A DNA stretch of 64,000 nt from Parcubacteria group bacterium GW2011_GWA2_42_14 (GCA_000998135.1 LCCV01000005.1:157-64156); one strand, 5' to 3'. Shown: positions 37,409 to 46,617, counted from the first letter of the stretch. The notes: a model not told the origin generated them from the sequence alone. Program-made: numbers and translations.

Positions 37409-39019
37409 TTACAATACCTTCGCTTTTTGTAAAACTCGACGAACAGAATGGGGATAATTATGTACTTTCGCGAGAGCAGAAGATGCCTGTTCCTTGCTAA
37501 TGAAACCCACAGTAACTTCTCGTGCCAATCGTGTCGTATCTGGATGAAACCCGAGCATACGTTTTGCCTTACTTTCCGCGGCTCGCGCAAAAAGGCAAGA
37601 ATTTGCGTTGGATTCAATTAATCTCTCGCCTCGCGGAATTTTCCAGCCTAATTTTCTTAAAATTCTTTCCGTATCTTCTATTTTACGCTGAAGCAAAAAT
37701 GGCAAATGAACAATATATACGGGTGGCTTATTCTTAAACGGCTGCAATTTCCTTATAGCAGAGAAAATAAACTTTTTCGACTCACTATCTTGGCTTAATC
37801 CAGCCCATTCGTTTATACCAAGAATAACCACTTTTACTCCTCGCTTCAATGCTTCACCATAATATGCGCGGACGACGAGCCGTCTGCATAACTGACATGT
37901 TCGCACAAAAGGAATTTTATGCTGGCATTTAACTGAATAATGCCTACGTCCTTCCACATACCATTTCCGAAACTTCTCTTTCAGCTCTTGGGAATCACGC
38001 TCATTGTATAAATCTGATGTCTTTCGGAAACATATTCGATCAACTGAGCGCATGTATATTCTGGCATCTATCTTTTCATAATCTACTTTTAGCTTTTTAG
38101 CCACTGTTTTTGCCCGCTGGAAAATATGTTTCGGATAGTATCCAGTATCTAATGAAAAAGTAAGCGGTATAAAACCCATTTGCTTTGCAGTGTACAAAGT
38201 TGCAGTGCTGTCCTTGCCGCCAGAAATTCCGACCATGGCATCATGTTTCTCTTTTCCAGAACCCCTGAGTGAGAGTAAAAATCTTAATTCTTTTTGCAAA
38301 ACAGCACCGCTGAAATTTTTCTCGTATTTCTCGCAAACATCGCATAATCCATATTTACCAATAACACTGGATAAATTTGAACTTGTGTTAACGCATTTTT
38401 TGCATTCTGCCGCCCCAATCAATGCTTTGATTTGAGCAGCAATCTCTTTCTTCGACGTAACAGCCGTATTGAAAGTAAGGTGCGCAATACGCTCCACCTT
38501 ATTCGTAGAAAACAGTCGTTCCTCAATTTGTCTTTCTTTCTCCGCATCTTTCTTTGAAAAACTCTCTCTCCTCGAAATCCTACCTGTTAAATATTTATCG
38601 GGCGTTTTAAGATATACGACCAAATATCCATTTTTCTTAAAATACATTGAATTTCTGAAACCGCGAATGCCCGCAATAATTAACGACTTATGAAAAAACT
38701 TTTTCCTGTGCAGATAAATAAGCGTTTTTGCAATAACAGCTGATGAATATTTGTTCTTAAGATAAACAAACATCTGCTGCGCTTCATCCCTCGAGAATTT
38801 CCGTTTATGGCGTAATTTCAATATTGCCCGAATAAAATCCGTCTCTCGCGGCGGCAGTTCTTCTTTTATTGAGATAGCTGGATATATTACGGAGCTGGAT
38901 GCTTCAACATATTTCGCTTCAGGAAAAATTTTAAGAAAAGATTTGGCAACCGTAGTTTTTCCGCTTCCTGGCGCTCCGAAAACAACAATGCCGTGAAATT
39001 TATTTATTTTCCTATTCAT
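37409..39019 (-). CDS. Fusion protein: N-terminal P-loop kinase-like NTPase plus C-terminal PP-loop ATP pyrophosphatase (TtcA/QueC/TilS-like) with Cys clusters
   Basis: GIVVFGAPGSGKTTVAKSF Walker A at the N-terminus. VGISGGKDSTATLY PP-loop in the C-terminal half. CDVCEKYEK and CQLCRRL cysteine pairs. Confidence 0.6.
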   Translation of the reverse strand: MNRKINKFHGIVVFGAPGSGKTTVAKSFLKIFPEAKYVEASSSVIYPAISIKEELPPRETDFIRAILKLRHKRKFSRDEAQQMFVYLKNKYSSAVIAKTLIYLHRKKFFHKSLIIAGIRGFRNSMYFKKNGYLVVYLKTPDKYLTGRISRRESFSKKDAEKERQIEERLFSTNKVERIAHLTFNTAVTSKKEIAAQIKALIGAAECKKCVNTSSNLSSVIGKYGLCDVCEKYEKNFSGAVLQKELRFLLSLRGSGKEKHDAMVGISGGKDSTATLYTAKQMGFIPLTFSLDTGYYPKHIFQRAKTVAKKLKVDYEKIDARIYMRSVDRICFRKTSDLYNERDSQELKEKFRKWYVEGRRHYSVKCQHKIPFVRTCQLCRRLVVRAYYGEALKRGVKVVILGINEWAGLSQDSESKKFIFSAIRKLQPFKNKPPVYIVHLPFLLQRKIEDTERILRKLGWKIPRGERLIESNANSCLFARAAESKAKRMLGFHPDTTRLAREVTVGFISKEQASSALAKVHNYPHSVRRVLQKAKVL

Positions 39020-39069
39020 ATGACACTTCGGAGATATTTACTACGCTAAAAAATCCAATAAATACGCGA

Positions 39070-39093
39070 CTTATCCATTTCCATGACATCGCT
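39070..39093 (-). repeat. secA-3'-end-like element, copy 2; encodes ...KKQRCHGNG-stop
   Basis: Reverse complement GCAGCGATGTCATGGAAATGGATAAG. Confidence 0.7.
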
Positions 39094-39202
39094 GCTTTTT
39101 TAATAACCAACCGCAGGAGTTTTCTTTATTTTAAGCCATTTTTTCGTCTGTGCCACATCCTGATTTGCCTAAATATAGAAAATGTCATGCGGACATAAAA
39201 AC

Positions 39203-39232
39203 TTGACAAATACCATACTACCATGCTATACT
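39203..39232 (+). promoter_or_regulatory. Consensus sigma70-type promoter
   Basis: TTGACA at 39203-39208, an 18-nt spacer, then TATACT at 39227-39232. The SD AAGGAGG at 39270-39276 lies 5 nt before the ATG at 39282. Confidence 0.7.
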
Positions 39233-39281
39233 TATAGCAAAGTTCCGAATCCCACAATCAATCTTTTAAGGAGGAACCGAA

Positions 39282-39494
39282 ATGGAGACCCACACTCTCA
39301 CGACCAAGCAGTTGCGGAAGCTCGTCAACGCGATCGGCAGCGGAAGCGACTGGCCGAAGCATACGGACGATCTGAAGGTGAACTACGCTGTCGACTGCAT
39401 CGTGCAGGACGATGGCGATGTGCCCCCCTACGACGAACGGCTGTATGTCGAGGAAATCGAGGCCTTCAAGGCACTCGAAGCCAAGACCGGCTAG
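39282..39494 (+). CDS. 70-aa acidic protein of unknown function in a roughly 60% GC island (compositional outlier)
   Basis: Strong SD plus ATG. GC-rich codons (GAG ACC CAC ACT CTC ACG ACC AAG CAG ...) in an otherwise AT-rich genome. Confidence 0.6.
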   Translation: METHTLTTKQLRKLVNAIGSGSDWPKHTDDLKVNYAVDCIVQDDGDVPPYDERLYVEEIEAFKALEAKTG

Positions 39495-39541
39495 TCAACC
39501 AAGTGCTTAGCATCACTTAAAACTGCTCTTTTTTATTTGTT

Positions 39542-39561
39542 TTATCTCCCGTGACATCTCT
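39542..39561 (-). repeat. secA-3'-end-like element, copy 3; encodes KRCHGR-stop with no downstream gene
   Basis: Reverse complement AAGAGATGTCACGGGAGATAA. Confidence 0.7.
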
Positions 39562-39750
39562 TGATGTGCGGTACTAATGGGAAATTGACTAATTAAATAA
39601 GTGAACGAACTTGTTTCCTTAAATAATTCTGATATTCATGCTGAAGCTTAGATAAATTAGGGATTAACTTTCCGACCATCTTATGCATTTGAAATATAAA
39701 TTTTGGTTTTCCATTACTGAATTCCTTAATCGGAAGATTCAATAAAATAT

Positions 39751-40332
39751 TCATGATTTGTTCAAATCCTTAATATTTTCTTGGAGAACATTTCTTATCG
39801 GCTGTTCGTATTCTTCGGGAACAATATATGATATCGCGTTATATACCTCCTCGACTCGTTTTTTGGTCGGTATAAACTCTATTTTGATATTTGATACCTG
39901 AATACCTCTTGGATCAAAACCGCCGTCTTCCGCAATAATAGTATAAATTTTTTCCTCAATGGGCTTTTTAAATAAAGCTAATAATAAATCCAGTACCCCC
40001 TTGGCGGCATTACCACTGCCAATTTCATCATCTACAAACAATATATCTTTTATATTCAGTAAGGATATATTTTGAAAATCTCCGGCTAATGTCGAATTGT
40101 CAAATAAAATTGCTTCCTTTTCATCTGCGTGACGATAAATTGGCGCCACCACAGTCTGCGGACAATCAACTTTTAACAATTCATAAACCAATCTGGTTAA
40201 ATAAATCATTATCTGGCCTGAATCCCCTGCGCCAATAATAATATCAAACTTTCTTTTATCGTTTACCAACAAACGCTTAAAAGTTTTTATAAATTGCGAT
40301 AGAGAATCTTCTCCTAGTTTTCCGAGGTCCAT
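39751..40332 (-). CDS. Phosphoribosyltransferase (type I PRTase) domain protein
   Basis: PRPP-binding loop ILFVDDEIGSGNA. Confidence 0.6.
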   Translation of the reverse strand: MDLGKLGEDSLSQFIKTFKRLLVNDKRKFDIIIGAGDSGQIMIYLTRLVYELLKVDCPQTVVAPIYRHADEKEAILFDNSTLAGDFQNISLLNIKDILFVDDEIGSGNAAKGVLDLLLALFKKPIEEKIYTIIAEDGGFDPRGIQVSNIKIEFIPTKKRVEEVYNAISYIVPEEYEQPIRNVLQENIKDLNKS

Positions 40333-40519
40333 GTAAAATTTAATTTATTTTTTACTTATAAGTCTTTGGGGTTCTTCGCTATTAACCCTTCAATAAATTC
40401 GGGGCAAATTCCTTGATAAACTCCCTCGATAAAACTCGGGACAAATCAGAGCAAGCAAGTCCCCAGCATTTTATCCTGAGCCCGCCGAAGGGTTGGTGCG
40501 CGGATACGGATGGAAAAAT

Positions 40520-41110
40520 CTACAACGACAAACCCTGTTGGAATTGTAAAACTTCCAAGTTACGAATTAAAATTGTCCGCTTCGTTGTCGCCGTAAGCCC
40601 TTTGTTCGGCATCATTTCAAAACCAAGATAAATACTTTCAACATTTCTTTTATTCAATTCGCGAATAGCCGGCTGTAAATCAGAATCAGAACTTCCCACA
40701 ATCGCAGTTTTTATAATTTTATCACAAGCGGCAACAACCATATCAACCGCGATACTAATATCTACGCCTTTTTCTTTAAACACCAACACATCTTTTCCTC
40801 TCCCGTCTCTCCTGTAATTGCCTCTTACTGCGCCGGAAAGAATTACCCTGAAACCCTGATTCTCCAAGTGAACTTTAAGAAGACGGCGTTGTAAAATAAG
40901 TTTCTGGGATTTTTCTTTGGTGTCCGGATGCTCTTTGATTTTAGCAAAATAAAAAATTCTTTCATCAACCTTTATCCCCTTAAGGACATGACCTAACAAC
41001 CCGCGAAAATTGTAAGTTGCCCAAACCGGAAATGACTTCTTTTCCACCTCAAATGTATCTTCCAGTTTGCCCAAAAAATTTCTTCCGTCTATAAAAAGTA
41101 TTGTTTTCAT
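40520..41110 (-). CDS. NYN-domain (LabA/PIN-like) putative RNase
   Basis: ILFIDGRNF at the N-terminus. GVDISIAVDM and VGSSDSDL acidic motifs. Confidence 0.6.
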   Translation of the reverse strand: MKTILFIDGRNFLGKLEDTFEVEKKSFPVWATYNFRGLLGHVLKGIKVDERIFYFAKIKEHPDTKEKSQKLILQRRLLKVHLENQGFRVILSGAVRGNYRRDGRGKDVLVFKEKGVDISIAVDMVVAACDKIIKTAIVGSSDSDLQPAIRELNKRNVESIYLGFEMMPNKGLTATTKRTILIRNLEVLQFQQGLSL

Positions 41111-41318
41111 AGCATAATTAGCAATAAAATGAAACCCCAGCGGACCTTTCGGCTGGCTGGGGCGTTTGTAATTCTATTATACCAAACCGAACATTTTTGT
41201 AAAGAGCTTATCCACAGGCATGTTTATGCCTCTTTCCATGACTCTTTTTTTACCTTCGGCAGCCGCTTAAAATTTTCCATAACATTTTTTGATGTGCTGT
41301 ATAAATGGAAACATTCTT

Positions 41319-41819
41319 TTACAAAGTATTGATCTTTGAACCACGAAGTAATTCAAATCCTCTTTTTATAGCCTTTATTTCAGGATCTTGTTCGCCTTTC
41401 TCTTTAGTCAATATCTGACTGAGTTCGTTTTCGGCTATCCAAAGAAGTTGTGAATGAACGGCTGGGTCGAGATTGATTTTTTCGATTGCATCTTCAAATG
41501 CGGCAAAATAAATTACTTCAATCGAGTGAGATCCTTTTACATCATTGATATAAGTAAAAACGTAAAATGGATCGCCAATGATAACATGAATCCCAAATTC
41601 CTCAAAGATTTCTCTTTTCAAACCATCAATGGTGGTTTCTCCGAAATCAATATGTCCGCCAGGCAATTCAAAGACTCCTGGCAAGAACTTTTTAGTACCT
41701 GCACGTTTCGGTACAAACAATTTTTCGACGCCATCGAAATTATGATGGATAAAAGCGTAAGCAGTTATCACTTGCTGGCCTTTGGCTGGTTTTTCGCTTT
41801 CGTGAGATGTTGTATTCAT
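41319..41819 (-). CDS. NUDIX hydrolase
   Basis: Nudix box LPGGHIDFGETTIDGLKREIFEEFG. Confidence 0.8.
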   Translation of the reverse strand: MNTTSHESEKPAKGQQVITAYAFIHHNFDGVEKLFVPKRAGTKKFLPGVFELPGGHIDFGETTIDGLKREIFEEFGIHVIIGDPFYVFTYINDVKGSHSIEVIYFAAFEDAIEKINLDPAVHSQLLWIAENELSQILTKEKGEQDPEIKAIKRGFELLRGSKINTL

Positions 41820-41825
41820 ATTTTC

Positions 41826-44558
41826 CTATTTTCCATGACATCGCTTATACTTTTTCCCTGAACCGCACGGGCAGGGGTCGTTTCTTCCCACCTCACTAGT
41901 GAGACGCGGATTTGACGCTGATCCGCTATCCGCCTGCGAGCTCAAACCGCTGATTTTACGCTGATCAAATCCGGAAGAATTAATATCAGGCCGCCGCTCT
42001 TCAACTTTTCGAAACTGCGGTTGAGCCGCAACGCCGACCTTATATATAGTATTTACCACCTGCGAACGAATGGCGGCCCGCAGTTCCTTGAAAAGGCGCG
42101 AGCCCTCGTTTTTGTATTCAACCAACGGGTCGCGCTGGCCATAGGCGCGAAGGCGCACCGAATCCCGAAGATGCTCCATAATATCCAAATGATCCATCCA
42201 GAGCATATCAATAGTTTGTAATAAAACAACTTTTTCCAGATTTCTCATGCCTTCCTCGCCTATCAATTTTTCTCGTTCGTCATAAAAATTATTCAAAAAT
42301 TCAACCGCGTGTTCCTTGATTTTTTCCCGGCCGTCTTCTTCGTTTGATTCCTGCGCCAACTCTTCAAATTTTTTATGCAATCCATCCGCCAAACCACCTG
42401 TGGTGAGCGAAGCCGAACCAGAAATTGCCCTTATAGTTTCAGAAATTTCTTCAAGATTCCAATCGGAACGATATCCGGCAGTATGAAAATCAACAACCAT
42501 AGAAACTTCCTCCTGAACAAACTCCATGATTTTTTCTTTATGAGGATGGACGCCGCTTGCGGTGAGCGAAGTCGAACCGCGCAAAATTTCGTTTCTCAAC
42601 TTATACACAAAATTCCTTTGTTTATTCATCACGTCATCAAACTCCAAAATGTGCTTGCGGGAATCAAAATGAAAGCCCTCGATTTTGGCTTGTGCCGCTT
42701 CAATGGCTTTGGAAACCATTTTATTTTCAATGGGCTGGTCTTCGGGAATTCCGAACGACTCCATCATACTTTTTATCCTCTCCGACCCGAAAATTCTCAT
42801 AACTTCATCCTCCAGAGATAAGAAAAACTGCGTTGAACCGGGGTCGCCCTGACGACCGGCACGACCACGCAACTGATTATCAATACGTCTGGCTTCATGC
42901 CGCTCGGTGCCTATGACATGGAGACCGCCTGCCCCCTTAACCTTTTGGGCCTCTTCAATGCTCGGCGGATTCCCCCCCAAAATAATATCAACACCGCGAC
43001 CGGCCATATTGGTGGCAATAGTAACGGCCCCCAAACGTCCTGCTTGCGAAATAATATTTGCTTCCCTTTCATGATTCTTGGCGTTCAAAATTTCATGCGG
43101 GACCCCATCACGTTTAAGAAGCGCGCCCAATCGTTCGTTCTTTTCAATGGATACTGTTCCCACAAGAACCGGCTGACCCAGCTTATGCCTTTCTTTAATT
43201 TCATTAACTACGGCTCTCATCTTTCCTGTTTCTGTTCTGAATATAAGGTCCGGGGAATCGCGCCGTATCAGCTGTTTATTCGTCGGAATTATAATCACAT
43301 CAAGCTTATAAACCTTATGGAATTCCTCTCCATTGGTTGCCGCGGTTCCGGTCATGCCAGCGAGCTTGGCATACATCCTGAAATAATTTTGAAAAGTGAT
43401 GGTAGCGAGCGTTCGTGACTCCCTTTGAACCTGCACATTTTCTTTGGCTTCAATTGCTTGATGAAGCCCTTCGGACCATCTCCTACCAGGCATAAGACGC
43501 CCGGTAAATTCATCAACAATAATTACTTCGCCGTCTTTCACAACATAATCTTTATCCAGATGAAAAAGCGCTTGCGCCCTCAATGCCTGCTCCAGATACC
43601 GGACATATCTGAATCCTTTTTCCTCGTATAAATTTTTAATGCCAAGGATTTTTTCAACTTTTTCAATTCCAGGTTCGGTTATGGAAACTGCTTTTAATTT
43701 ATGGTCAACGTTATAATCATTGTTTTCTTCAAGACGCGGAGTTATGCGTGAAAAAGTTTTATATAAATCCGCTGATTCTTCGTCGGGAGCGGAAATTATC
43801 AAGGGGGTTCGCGCTTCATCAATCAAAATAGAATCAACTTCATCAACAATCGCGAAATTATGCTCTCGCTGGGATAAATTATTGATGTCATAGGCCAAAT
43901 TATCCCGAAGATAATCAAAACCGAATTCGTTGTTAGTGCCATAAGTGATATCCGCTCCGTAGGCTTCGTGCCGGGAGCAAGGCCTCCAATGGTCAAGCCG
44001 CGGGTCGCCATGCGACGGCTCTGCCTGAAAATCCGGGTCATAAATTCCCGAAAAATCATGAGCGATAACACCTACTGAAACACCAAGAGCATAGTAAACC
44101 GGACCCATCCACCCGCCACCCACGCGAGACAAATAATCATTGGGAGTAACCAAATGACATCCCTTGCCGGTTAAAGAGTTTAAATATAAAGGAAGAGTGG
44201 CCACCAGTGTTTTTCCCTCGCCGGTTCTCATTTCAGCGATTTTGCCCTGATGCAAAACAATTCCGCCGATAAGCTGAACGTCAAAATGCCGCTGATTTAA
44301 TGTTCTTCGCGCGGCCTCGCGAACAGCCGCAAATGCTTCGGGCAAAATGTCATCAAGCGTTTCTCCGCCCCCCAACGGTTCGGCTTCGCTCACCGCAAGC
44401 AATCTTTTCTTAAACTCAACGGTTTTTTGCTTAAGTTCATCCGCCGACAACTTCTGAAATTCCGGCTCAAGCGAATTGATTTGGTCAACCAAGGGCTGAA
44501 CGGATTTTATATACCGCTCATTGGAATCTCCTAAAATTTTAGACAGGATAGAAGACAT
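41826..44558 (-). CDS. secA: Preprotein translocase ATPase SecA
   Basis: MRTGEGKTLVATLP Walker A, conserved SecA N-terminus, and the C-terminal zinc-binding CPCGSGKKYKRCHGK. Confidence 0.95.
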   Translation of the reverse strand: MSSILSKILGDSNERYIKSVQPLVDQINSLEPEFQKLSADELKQKTVEFKKRLLAVSEAEPLGGGETLDDILPEAFAAVREAARRTLNQRHFDVQLIGGIVLHQGKIAEMRTGEGKTLVATLPLYLNSLTGKGCHLVTPNDYLSRVGGGWMGPVYYALGVSVGVIAHDFSGIYDPDFQAEPSHGDPRLDHWRPCSRHEAYGADITYGTNNEFGFDYLRDNLAYDINNLSQREHNFAIVDEVDSILIDEARTPLIISAPDEESADLYKTFSRITPRLEENNDYNVDHKLKAVSITEPGIEKVEKILGIKNLYEEKGFRYVRYLEQALRAQALFHLDKDYVVKDGEVIIVDEFTGRLMPGRRWSEGLHQAIEAKENVQVQRESRTLATITFQNYFRMYAKLAGMTGTAATNGEEFHKVYKLDVIIIPTNKQLIRRDSPDLIFRTETGKMRAVVNEIKERHKLGQPVLVGTVSIEKNERLGALLKRDGVPHEILNAKNHEREANIISQAGRLGAVTIATNMAGRGVDIILGGNPPSIEEAQKVKGAGGLHVIGTERHEARRIDNQLRGRAGRQGDPGSTQFFLSLEDEVMRIFGSERIKSMMESFGIPEDQPIENKMVSKAIEAAQAKIEGFHFDSRKHILEFDDVMNKQRNFVYKLRNEILRGSTSLTASGVHPHKEKIMEFVQEEVSMVVDFHTAGYRSDWNLEEISETIRAISGSASLTTGGLADGLHKKFEELAQESNEEDGREKIKEHAVEFLNNFYDEREKLIGEEGMRNLEKVVLLQTIDMLWMDHLDIMEHLRDSVRLRAYGQRDPLVEYKNEGSRLFKELRAAIRSQVVNTIYKVGVAAQPQFRKVEERRPDINSSGFDQRKISGLSSQADSGSASNPRLTSEVGRNDPCPCGSGKKYKRCHGK

Positions 44559-44607
44559 AATAACAGGTTTAAGTATATATCATTTGGCACCTTTTTTAAA
44601 GCCAACT

Positions 44608-44632
44608 AAAAACTGCTGTTACAGCAGTTTTT
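44608..44632 (-). terminator. Terminator hairpin after hpf
   Basis: AAAACTGCTGTtACAGCAGTTTT. Confidence 0.6.
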
Positions 44633-44633
44633 C

Positions 44634-45026
44634 CTATCTTCTCCTTTTTATCCTTGCCAAAGGGTCAACCTTTAATTCTTCCATGACAATTCTTTGCCGC
44701 CGCCTATTTTTGTCGGCGCGCTTTTCTTTATATTTTCTAAGTTCGGCAGATAATTCCGCTTGAACCATATCAATAGCAGAACGAATATCCTCCGCCTCGG
44801 CTTCAGCCCTTAAAAATACCTTCGGGAGAACCAAATTAACTTCCGCCCGCCAAATCCTGCCTTTTTGGTGATGCCTGGTTTCTCTTTCAATCTCAATATC
44901 AAGAGAGGCGGGCTTAACCAAATTTTCGTCCTTTAATAGCTTGGCAACAATCCTTACTATTTTTAAATCAACATAAACGCGCAAAGGGGCGTCAATGCTA
45001 AATCCGGTTGTTTTTAAATTGAATTT
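44634..45026 (-). CDS. hpf: Ribosome hibernation-promoting factor / RaiA family (short HPF)
   Basis: From the internal Met MKFNLKTTGFSIDAPLRVYVD onward. Pattern ...HHQKGRIWRAEVNLVLP ... AEDIRSAIDMVQAELSAELRKYKEK. The ORF-track N-terminal extension to 45113 is rejected. Confidence 0.7.
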   Translation of the reverse strand, partial: KFNLKTTGFSIDAPLRVYVDLKIVRIVAKLLKDENLVKPASLDIEIERETRHHQKGRIWRAEVNLVLPKVFLRAEAEAEDIRSAIDMVQAELSAELRKYKEKRADKNRRRQRIVMEELKVDPLARIKRRR

Positions 45027-45068
45027 CATACTTATCTTAAGTATAACAGTATAATTTATTACAAGCAA

Positions 45069-45094
45069 GCAAACCGGTTTGCAAACCGGTTTGC
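45069..45094. promoter_or_regulatory. Tandem 14-bp palindromes GCAAACCGGTTTGC x2 (sharing GC) upstream of hpf
   Basis: Perfect dyad symmetry, 43-68 nt upstream of the proposed hpf start. Confidence 0.6.
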
Positions 45095-45294
45095 TGATAT
45101 AAGATTTATTCAAAACATGGCGCTCAATTTTATATTTATGCTCGTTTCGCCTTCAGCGAAACTGCGCGTAAACAAAATTGGCACTTATCCACAGTTGACG
45201 CAAAAAATTATTTATCATAAACTTAAAATAGTTACTCTTTTTTATTGATCGCCGGGGAGGACCCTCGCACACGCTTGCGGGGGTTTTTACAACA

Positions 45295-46617
45295 ATGAAC
45301 GGAAATCAAACAGCATTGGAAAAGAAAAAATTTCTTTTTGTATCGCTTGAATCCCTAAGCGGCGATTTGGCGTGGACGCTTAAAAAAGAAGGGCATGAAG
45401 TTAAAATTTTTATAAAATCAAAGAGCGATGCTGATGTATATGACGGTTTTCTTGAAAAGGTTTCCGACTGGGAGGAGCACACCGACTGGGCGGACGTAAT
45501 AATTTTCGATGACGTAGAATTCGGCCCGGTAGCGGAAAAACTGAAAAAAAAGGGCAAACTTGTAATAGGGGGCAACAAGTATACGGATGAACTGGAAATG
45601 AACCGGGAATTCGGACAAACGGAACTTAAAAAGTACGGGGTAAACATTCTTCCCCAATGGCACTTTGCGAATTATGACGAAGCAATAGAATTCATCAAAA
45701 AAAACCCGGACCGCTATGTTTTTAAACCATCGGGCAATATGCCATCGGGAGAAAAGGGACTGCTTTTTATCGGCCAGGAAGAAGACGGGAAAGACCTTCT
45801 GGAGCTCCTTGAACAAAATAAAACCGTATGGACAAAAAAAGCGCCGACGTTTCAGCTCCAAAAATTCATATCGGGAGTGGAAATCGCCGTAGGCGCTTTT
45901 TTCAACGGGAAAGATTTTATTTATCCCATTAACGTCAATTTCGAGCATAAACGCATCTTTCCGGGAGATATCGGCCCGTTTGCCGGTGAAATGGGGACAT
46001 TGATGTTCTGGAGCGAACCAAACCGACTTTTTAAACATACTCTTGAAAAAATGAAAGCGCCGCTGGCAGAATCGGGCTATAGCGGCTATGTGGACATCAA
46101 CTGCATCGTAAACGGAAAAGGCATCTACCCGCTTGAATGGACATGCAGGTTCGGATACCCCACTATTGAAATTCAACTTGAGGGCATTCTCATGCCGGCC
46201 GGAGAATTTCTTTATAAACTCGCGGGAGGAGAAACATTTGAACTGAAAACAAAAAAGGGATTCCAAATCGGCGTACGAATAATGGTGCCCACCTATCTTG
46301 TCCGTTCAAGCGATAAAGAGACAACGGAACTTTACCGAGACCTTCCGATTCTTTTCAAAAAAAACGACAGCCTTGAGGGCATACACATAGAAGACATTAA
46401 ATTAGCCGACGGGGTTTGGAGAATTGCCGGCGAATCCGGGGTACTCATGGTAGTAACCGGTTCCGGCACTACGGTTGAAGAGGCGCGCCGCCAAGTTTAC
46501 TCCCGCATCAAAAACATCATGGTTCCAAACATGTTTTACCGCGTAGATATAGGACATAGGTGGCTTGAAGATTCGGATAAGCTTCAGACATGGGGGTATT
46601 TGGATACCTTTATTTAA
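45295..46617 (+). CDS. ATP-grasp enzyme, PurD (phosphoribosylamine-glycine ligase)-like
   Basis: GDIGPFAGEMGT and LEWTCRFGYPTIE resemble the PurD GPNTGGMG and EFNCRFGDPE motifs. Confidence 0.55.
   Translation: MNGNQTALEKKKFLFVSLESLSGDLAWTLKKEGHEVKIFIKSKSDADVYDGFLEKVSDWEEHTDWADVIIFDDVEFGPVAEKLKKKGKLVIGGNKYTDELEMNREFGQTELKKYGVNILPQWHFANYDEAIEFIKKNPDRYVFKPSGNMPSGEKGLLFIGQEEDGKDLLELLEQNKTVWTKKAPTFQLQKFISGVEIAVGAFFNGKDFIYPINVNFEHKRIFPGDIGPFAGEMGTLMFWSEPNRLFKHTLEKMKAPLAESGYSGYVDINCIVNGKGIYPLEWTCRFGYPTIEIQLEGILMPAGEFLYKLAGGETFELKTKKGFQIGVRIMVPTYLVRSSDKETTELYRDLPILFKKNDSLEGIHIEDIKLADGVWRIAGESGVLMVVTGSGTTVEEARRQVYSRIKNIMVPNMFYRVDIGHRWLEDSDKLQTWGYLDTFI

Noticed and set aside
39182-39520. 112-aa plus-strand ORF overlapping the GC-rich cassette in another frame
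   Set aside because: It is Arg-rich and low-complexity, typical of an off-frame reading of GC-rich DNA, with no SD. The 70-aa frame with AAGGAGG-ATG is preferred.
45027-45113. N-terminal extension of hpf (MNKSYISKPVCKPVCLLVINYTVILKIS)
   Set aside because: It has no similarity to HPF/RaiA N-termini, which begin MKxNIxG. The extension would place the tandem palindromic operator inside the coding sequence.
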